A stretch of 63,455 bases of DNA, the filler included, from Kipferlia bialata (Eukaryota), in NCBI GenBank assembly GCA_003568945.1. It is 6 parts of 5 records of this genome, joined end to end, with 100 filler letters (N's around TTAATTAATTAA, not from the genome) between each part and the next. Parts side by side here need not be neighbours in the genome. Positions count along the whole stretch, not along the records: positions 53,598 to 59,255 come from BDIP01000988.1; positions 59,356 to 63,455 come from BDIP01000988.1; 4 more parts are not named here. One strand, 5' to 3'. The position numbers and the translations under genes are program-made. This document shows positions 54,960 to 63,455 of this stretch, piece by piece; positions within the stretch are counted from its first letter, which is position 1; each line of letters opens with the position of its first letter. Under the pieces are notes generated by a model. It was not told the DNA's origin and ran no database searches. It saw only the letters and a program-made list of their open reading frames with translations.

Positions 54960-57900
54960 TATAGTGTCAATAGCCTCCACCACACTGGTACTCGACACAC
55001 TAGGCTCTGCGTCACCGTGTAGAGTGGGGGTCACAACATCACTGGCCCACATACTATTGGGGTGCCACCTGGGAGTGAGATTATCGTGTTGAACTTACCA
55101 TCAACCGTGTAGTGTATAGTATAGAGTGTGAACCTGAGCTCCTCTGCCTTTCTCTCTCCCAGTCTCTCCCAGGCTGCTACCCTCTCCCTCTCCCGCTGGA
55201 TGTGGGCTGGGGGTCAGATGTATGCGTATACTTAGATCGTATAGGTTCTATATATGTGGGCTGTGGGTATACATGTATATATGTCAATGTATATACACTA
55301 TCACTATACCTAATGACCCGCTGACCATCCTCCTCTCCACCACCCTCTGGTGCAGGTCCATGTCAGTGTCAGAGTGGGGCAGGCAGATATGGCTTGTCTA
55401 GTGTGAGACATATACAATATGTACATATGATATATAGGGATATATCTACTATTATATATATATAGATATACATGTCCATGTCAGTGTCAGAGTGGGGCAG
55501 GCAGATGTGGCTTGTCTAGAGAGTAAGTATGTTATACACTGTATAGTATTCATATTCCTATACATATAGATATACAGGTCCATGTCAGTGTCAGAGTGGG
55601 GGAGGCAGATGTGGCTCGTCTAGAGTGAGTACATATACAAAAGTATATATGATATATAGGGATATATCTACTATATCATATACATAAGAATGCAGGTCAA
55701 TGTCAGTGTCAGACTCGGGGAGGGAAGTGCGACACGTCTAGAGTTTGACAATTTCATATACTGTAAACAATACATTTCGGAATCATCAGAATGGGGTAGG
55801 TTGGTATGGCAGTTTGAGGAAGATCGCATATACTAGTGATACATGCTACACAATGAGGAGTCAGAGATGCTGCTACACTCTCCTACTTAGTTGGCTTGAC
55901 GCAATATAGGTGACACCAATATATCAGTAGTGTCTGGGAATATAGTGTTGAGAACCTTCAGCCATGTATGTTACATGATGTACCCGTACCTTGAACGGGG
56001 AGGTCCTTATTGCATAGTCAAACATGTACGGGTACTCTGGGATCAGACAACACGCAATGTATACATCCCATACGAATATAGTATGTAAATGTCATATGGG
56101 TGTATGTATCTGTATTCGTAGTTAACCATGTACGGGTTCTCTGGGGTCAGTACATGGCAACATGGACAGAGTCTACACCATGTTGTGGTTGTCTCATCTC
56201 AATACTAAGTCCGTGAAGGGAGTCTCTACCGGTTTATGTACATAAATACACACATATGGAGAATATATATATGTGTGTGGTTGTGTATGTGTATAGTTAC
56301 CTGTCTGTATGTGTCTCAAGTGCAACACCCACTGCTCAGCTAGCATGCGGTACACTCTGGTGTCAGGAACTCAAGAGGTATATACACACTTACAGAAACA
56401 GAACTCGATAGACTATAGTGAGGAAGGAAGGGATACAGGGCTGTGTTACATGCATGTATTATGTATTCTAACAGAATATAGAGTATTTATACCTGCTGCA
56501 GTGCTGCGACACCACAGCCAACTCCTCGTCACTGAAGGAGGCCTGAGTGTTAGAGTTATATATTCGTATCAACGATGGCCACGTATCAAGTCGAATTACA
56601 CCTCCCTACTAGGGCAAGAGTTAGTGCCCCACCATAACCGTCAAAGCTTCCCATAACACTCTCGATGTTACTCGCCTTGGCCTTCAGCTCCTCCTTGAGA
56701 TGATGCAGGGCCAGTAACATGTCTGTGAACTCCTCATGCTCAGTCATGTTGGGGTTCCTAGGATTGGAGTCTAGACTAGACGCATCGTGTAGATACTTAG
56801 TAGGCCTAGTAATAATATAGTGGTAACTCACACCTTAATGGTGCCTCTATCTGGTGGCTGTGCTCTGCAAGAAGACGTCGCATCTGACTGTGAGGCATAC
56901 TCGGCCAACCTGTACTGCAGAGACTATATAGGGTATATAATACTTTGGTATTCCAGAATCATAGTTACTATGATAGTATATGTAGTACACGGTTACCTGG
57001 TTGAGCTGGTTCCTGTTGAGTTCGATCCTCGCAGTGGAGGCCTGGACACGAGCTGCCTATGGATTAGAACTGTATACATGGATGTCAATAATATATGTAC
57101 CCTACAATGAGCTACATGGGTGAAGTAGATACTCTATGCAATGGGATGCCTGAACACGAGCTGCCTGGGGTGGGGGTGCGAAGGTGAGATGATACTATCT
57201 GCACTATTCCTGTATAGAAATATCTATCTTCATATCTGTGCCCATACCTTAAACTGTTTGGGGGTGAATCCCTTCTTGACAGCCATCAGGGAGCACGACC
57301 TGGAGGTAGAAGGGGTAAGGTCACCTTACCTTACAAAGGTGAATGACTGTATATGTATGTACTTGGAGAAAATGACAACACTGTAGACTACACGAGAGAA
57401 ATCCTCTTTGACTACCGGCACAGCATTGAGCTATTAAGAACGGTGTCAAAGACTCAGTATATATATCCATATACATATAAATGTTTACCCTAGAAATGAC
57501 TGTCTCATATCTATAATCATATTCAGAACTATACGTGTATCTATTCAGGCAGACTAATAGAATTCATAATGGTTACATTTACACACCTGTCCATCCTGGC
57601 TATGATTGTCAGGGTATCCATATCCATATCCATATACTACATACTACATCTGAATAGAGTAACTATCCATAATCACTACGTATACACACCTGTCCATCCT
57701 CGCTATGATATTTAGTAGTTTAGATCAATTATGATATGAAAACTGTCGTACTTAAAAAGTAATACTCAATACTGTTTGTATAATGTATAGTATTGAAAAC
57801 CTGAAGAAAGAACTTTATCATAGTAGTGCCTGCAGTGTGATATAGGGTATACACACCTGTCCATCCTGGCTATGATTGTGAGCAGTTCAGACCCAAACTC

Positions 57901-59059
57901 AAACATGAACAGGGATATGGTGGGGTGTAGCTAGGATGAGAGACAGGGCGAGGAATGGAAAGTGTCCAACACTAAAAGATGACACAGTATATACAGTATA
58001 TGGAGGAGGATACTCAAACATGAACAGGGAGATGGTGGGGTGCAATTGAGGTTGATAAGAGATCCAGTCAAAGGTAAACGGAGTGGTATTACGTCACGAC
58101 TCTACAGCAAAGCAAACCAAGAAGGGCAGACAAACGTATAAACTACTGCTTCTATGAGATGTAGGAATGGACCTTGGATAAGAAAGCTAGTAGAGTAGGG
58201 ACAGAGGGGATGCATTTGAGGAGAGATATTCCATTACCTTCCGCAGAGTCGATTTCTTCTCCCTGTGCCGCAGGAGACCCTCTGGAGAATGAGAAGGGTC
58301 TCAGAAGAAGCCAGTGGCCAAACACCCACACATAGTTACAGGTCAACAGTGCAAATGTGTGTCTATGTATATTTGTCCTAGATAATGAGGTGCAGTATAC
58401 CTACGAGCAGGGTGACACACAGAATCTCGAAGAACATGAACCCAATATCCCCAAGGAGGTCTGGGATTAGACTGTGTAAGAGACATCAATATTAGGGCCA
58501 TAAGAGAAGATTAGGGGGTCTGGAAAGAGAGTACAAGAGAGGGTCTGGTGGTCACGCTCCATATATCTAGGTCGTATAAAGCAAGACACTATGATAGTGA
58601 GACTGGTGGATATTGCAAATATACCTCTAGCCACAGATGATCACGTCTTACTTGTGAATATGAGGTGCACGTCTCTGAACAACACTAGCCAAGTATAAAC
58701 ATCTCAATATACATGATATATATACACTCACATATGAATATGTGGTGCACGTCTCTGAACACGGCATAGTGCACGGCATATGCTGCGGCACTGGGGTGAG
58801 GGTATATAGAGAAAGAGAGAGAGAGAGAGAGAGTGTGTGTGTGTGCATAAGTGGATGGGATGCTGCGGCACTGGGGTAAGTTGGGTAGAGAGAGAGAGAA
58901 GAAGGAGGGAGAGAGAGAGATCTAAGTCACAGCAATACTGCGGGACTGGGTGAAGTAATGATATTCAGACTATATTCGCACCTTAGACACAGCAGGATAG
59001 TACCCAGCACCCCCACAAACACAAGCTCATCCCCATTGTGACTGAGCCACGAACAGAAG
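54960..59059 (-). CDS. Intron-containing homolog of an uncharacterised prokaryotic two-TM membrane protein family; both ends approximate
   Basis: Spliced peptide HYAVFRDVHHIFI|YLLGDIGFMFFEILCVTLLV|EGLLRHREKKSTLRK|LHPTISLFMFEFGSELL...LR|NPNMTEHEEFTDMLLALHHLKEEL...VYRMLAEQWVLHLRHIQT|EYPYMFDYAIRTSPF. Family similarity is recalled, not searched. Confidence 0.7.
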
Positions 59060-59255
59060 CTAGGGTAAGGTATGTATACCGTTTGGGGGAATAGAAGTAT
59101 AGAAAGAGGGATAGAGGGGGTATCTGCCCTCCTCATTACGCTAGGTGGAGGCAGGGGAAAGGACAAATGGATAGAGAAAAGGATAGAAGGTATGGAGGAT
59201 GCAAGTAGACTGGAGGCGGGGGGGGGGGGGGGGGGGTGAGAAAAATCTGCCCATA

Positions 59256-59355
59256 NNNNNNNNNNNNNNNNNNNNNNNNNNNNNNNNNNNNNNNNNNNNT
59301 TAATTAATTAANNNNNNNNNNNNNNNNNNNNNNNNNNNNNNNNNNNNNNNNNNNN
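59256..59355. other. Artificial contig-joining spacer
   Basis: N44-TTAATTAATTAA-N44. Confidence 0.97.
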
Positions 59356-59408
59356 CCCCTCTTGGTACCCCTTGGCCCCCCCCCCCCCCCCTCTCTCTCT
59401 ACCCCCAG

Positions 59409-60053
59409 AACTCTTCACCCTCACCTGTGATGTCGACCTGGCTGGGTTCCTGGGCGTTACAGAGAGGTGTGGCGGACATACACAGATATGGATATGTATA
59501 CACATGGATATCAGTATATAGAGGTCACGGAGAGGTGAATGTCTCTGGGGTGCACCTATACAAGCACTTAGTTAGAGCGTGGAAGTAGTCCCCCCACCCT
59601 GACCATTCTCACCCTGCAGACGCAACCGCATCTCCCTGGACTCCCAGTACATGGGCCACATGTGCACCCTCACCTCCTCCCGGGTCGGTGCCTTCTCCAT
59701 CACACCCCAGCTCAATGAGGTACCCCGACCCCCCTCCCATGTCTAATAGGTCCCCTTTCTCGTAAGTCCCATAGTCCCATAGTCTCAGTGTCTCAGTGTC
59801 TCATTCCAGGCCATGATGCTCCTGTTTGCCGAGTCCCTCCCCCCCCACCTGTCCGACATGTTCATCAGGCACAGACACATACAGTATATCATATGTATGG
59901 GTCTCCCTCTCACTATCTGTGTACATCTGTGTACATCTGTGTGTGTCTGTGTGTGTCTGTGTCCTTACCTCAGGGCAGGCCCCCCCTTCCCCCTCCAGCT
60001 AGTGCCGTACTCTGAGCTGTCTGCCCAGCACACCATATACAAGGTACAGAGAC

Positions 60054-60088
<35 letters not shown>

Positions 60089-60298
60089 TACATACATGGG
60101 CACCAGACGTGACTCCTATATATGCATGTTCTGATAAGACACAAAGCACAGTGGGGTTGTATACATACAGATAGAGCTAGATGGTGCAGCCGGTAAATCT
60201 ATACATTCCGTTTCCGTTCCTGTTACCCTCACACTGATACGATGTGCCAATCCCAGGACACATATGTGGTGGTCACTGCATCGCTCCAGATGGACTGA
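59409..60298 (+). CDS. 3' exons of a hypothetical protein
   Basis: Phase-compatible exons LFTLTCDVDLAGFLGVTER|RNRISLDSQYMGHMCTLTSSRVGAFSITPQLNE|AMMLLFAESLPP...|DTYVVVTASLQMD*. Confidence 0.45.
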
Positions 60299-61071
60299 GA
60301 GTGGTTGTGTGGTAGGGCGGGGAAGGAGATGGTTTTGTGTGTTGTAGGGAGTGTGCGTTTTATGGATTCATAGATGACTATAAATAGCTATTAATGACTA
60401 TATATCTCTTTCTGAGGACTGTCGATATTGGGTCAAACACGTGCCGTTAGCGATTATTTCCTGCTATACACTCAGTTTTAGTGTTTTCATCATGGAACTG
60501 CACTTCAACACATGAATATACACATGGTCCAGTCGCAGAATTCTGGATGGAAACCTCCCAATTCCAGACGAACTTGAACGCACCGAAAGCTATTGACATT
60601 GAGGCTCCTCGTGGAGATAGTGACAGTATATATCCTATAATAAGTCACCAGCTGTGATACAGCATAGGGCGCCCGTTTAAACTGAACTAGCATAGAATGT
60701 ACTGTACATGACTTAACTACCCCAGGCCAGGACGTTTGGGGGTCTTACAAGAAGAAACGATTAGGGGGCTGCATATCTATGGTGATGGACACATTGCGTG
60801 TTGCGCATAGGTAATGGGCCATAACCCATCCCATCATGTACCGGGTAGCAGAGGGGCCATTCATTGTCATCACAGAAGTGCGTGTAGTCAGGTTGGGTGA
60901 TGCCGTTACCAAAATCTCGTGATAACTTTGCATCAATTTTTAGAGTGATATTTCACCTAGGGTTTACCAAGAAGCCGCGAGCTGAAAAGCTGCTAACGCT
61001 CCACAAGTGAGAGAATAGAATCACGCACACAAGGCTTCTAGAACCAGCCAATACGTAGAGGCAGGTTCAGT

Positions 61072-63400
61072 ATGGCTAGAAGTACAGGAGGTAGTGGAGG
61101 TGGGGCGGAGGACCGACAGAATGGGCCGTCTTCGTCTCCTGGGTCTCCTTTGTCCCCTCCTGGGCAGAGACGCAACTCAAGGAACCAGATATCAAGCGAG
61201 GTGAGTTATAGTGCTCTGTCTATAGCTTTCACGGGTGTGTAGAGGGAGTGCAGGGATGTGCATGCTCCAGCTTTGTTATTCTCCTGTCGTTTCCGCAACA
61301 TCGGTATTCATTTGCACTTTGGTCTGTACAGCATGTATGGCGTGTAGGGGGTAGTTATAGGAGCATGGAGCTGTATATACCGTAGGAAGTGCTGGTGGAG
61401 GGTGTGTATTCGCTCTGGACAGCCACTAGTGACATATGAGTATATTCCATGACACATGAGTATGTTGGATTGGTTATGTCATTTGTATGATCCCCCACTA
61501 TATCCTACCAGTACATACTGCCTATTGAGCATCGAGTTGGAATATTAATTGCTCTTACAGCCCAGGTAACTGATATCTATTCGTCCAAATCGCCGCAACA
61601 TACTATATATTATGTATGACACCCTCTCATCATATCCTCTCACCCCCCCCCCCTCTCACCTTCACTCACACTAGGCCTCGGTTTATCTGATGGAGCTGGC
61701 GGATAGCAAGAACACGCAGCTGGACCATGATATTCAGGTGCAGAATTCTCTATCCAACTCCGCATATTTTGTGTATTACTGTCAAGCGAATAGTGCCCGC
61801 CTCTTACGGACCAGGCCAGGAGGCTGACGAGGGAGGCCATTGGGGACCGTGACCACGAGAGTGACGCAGAGGACTCAGTCAAGGTGCCCCCCCCCCACTA
61901 CTCTCTTCCCCATTTCTCTTCTTCAGCCGTTTCCTCCCCCAGGTGTCAAGTCGGGGTGCCTGTGCCACTCAGTTCTGGACCAGTATCAGGGAGAGGCTGA
62001 CGCAAAGGTAGGGCATGGCCGTGGGGGGGCGCAGGAGGGGGAGAATGGGAGCATTTTGTTGTGTATTGGTATAGCGCGGCACTTGTGATACTTGCTATAT
62101 ATCATGCTGCAGGTCCATCTTACGGCACACGCAGTCCATATACCCCTACCCCCATCCTCCCTTTCCCCTTCTACCCCCAGGTTCCCCGAGGTGTCCCCCA
62201 CCATCCCCATCAAGTACCTGAGGCAGCACTACAATGCAAAGGTACATGGCATGTATATACACAGGGCATGGGTCCCACACACCCAGAGATGTATGCCCCT
62301 ATACCGTCACTTCAACGGCATGCTAGGGATTGATACCAACGCGCTACACAGTATGCGTTGGACATGTATATGTCAATGATTATTCCACTCACACATTGTC
62401 CTACCGACCTCCCCCTCACCCCCAGAACAAGAAGAGGAAGATGAACGCGAGGGAGGGGGCCTGGAGTTCGAAGGTATGCCGTGGATGGGTGGGTATAATG
62501 TGTGGATTGGGCCCATTCCCATTTCGTCCTTTTCCTGGAGACATTCGTCGGTGTGGTTGCCTCGGTGTCGCGTCTCTCCTCCTGATCTGTCTGCCTCTAT
62601 CCCCTACTGTGCACCGCTTACACCCCTTATACCCAGGAGGAGGATGCACTGTGGAAGGCCCTGGCTGACAGCACGTCCACAGACGAGAAGAGGGTGGGTG
62701 CATGTGGTGTGACTCTGTGTGTGTCTGTCTCTCCCTCTCCCAGCCTCACTGGTGTGTATGTCCCCTCACCCTCTAGGACTGGTCCATCATCAGTAAGGCA
62801 GTGGGCACCCGCACTCCCAGGCAGTGCCGTTGCAAGGTATAGTGAGTCCCTCCATCATGTCTTGTGTCTCTCCCCATGGTATCTCACCCCTTACACCCCT
62901 TACACCCCTTACACCCCTTACACCTAGGTCCACAACAGCACCATCAGGGCTGAGAAGAGGAGGGTGGAGAGGCATGAGAAGGAGATCAAGAGGGGCAGGG
63001 AGGTCAAGAAGCCAGCTCTCCCAGGTATATATGGACCTAATTGTGTCTATCTGTTGTTACACGCTGAGTTTATTATCATCCGTCACATATACGTTGGTGG
63101 GTCCACCTATGAAATTGGTATACCCCCTTCTTAGACGCTTCTCCTCCCTCTCCCCTCTGACCCCAGGCCCCCCTCCCCCCGACCAGAAGAGGGCATGCGT
63201 AGGTGGCAACATGATAGACGGGATGGAAGAGGGGGACGACGGGTACGTGATTTTTGATCTATCTATATACATATATAAAGTGTCACAGATGCCTACCCCC
63301 CCAACCCCCATCTCACCCCTAGCGCTGAGCCTCGCATCACTGCGGTCACTGCCGTGTCAGTCAAGACGGAGAAGGGGGTGAAGACAGAGAGGGCGGGGGG
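61072..63400 (+). CDS. Myb/SANT domain protein (runs off window end)
   Basis: Exon 1 61072-61200 (MARSTGG...); spliced Myb repeat EGAWSSK|EEDALWKALADSTSTDEKR|DWSIISKAVGTRTPRQCRCK, preceded by basic NKKRK. Confidence 0.8.
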
Positions 63401-63455
63401 TAGGGTTTCAAAAATATAGATATAGAAATAAGATAGTAAAAATATTATACTATAT

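Noticed and set aside
62885..62927. (TTACACCCC)4 as a telomere-like repeat
   Set aside because: Four units sit immediately before a Myb-gene acceptor and match the local branch/acceptor motif; best read as slippage duplication.
1..63455. Functional clustering of genes across the window (e.g. ABCA + cyclase + MFS)
   Set aside because: The genes lie on separate contigs, the first four of near-identical length (~13.3 kb), consistent with size-sorted concatenation; adjacency across spacers carries no information.

Overview
This is eukaryotic, intron-dense protist DNA. The intron style, microsatellite load and gene content suggest a free-living fornicate such as Kipferlia (inference only). The window is not one locus: five 100-nt artificial spacers (N44-TTAATTAATTAA-N44) join six unrelated contigs (1-13306, 13407-26705, 26806-40101, 40202-53497, 53598-59255, 59356-63455). 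Manual splicing recovers RNase H2A, RNA polymerase III RPC2, a GARP-type transcription factor, a BED-zinc-finger/methyltransferase fusion, an ABCA transporter, a NOL10 C-terminus, an ARM-like protein, a two-domain class III cyclase with inverted C1/C2 order, a GAS2-domain protein, an MFS transporter, a prokaryote-like membrane protein and a Myb protein. The main signal is a pervasive 'exon echo' architecture. Introns hold stacks of half-exon copies: acceptor plus 5' half upstream of the exon, 3' half plus donor downstream. These copies differ from the real exon almost only at synonymous sites (one pair has 13 silent and 0 replacement changes; another has a TCA/AGC serine switch), which neutral decay of dead duplicates does not explain. 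Exon boundaries and family assignments were read by eye and from remembered consensus motifs; no database search was run.
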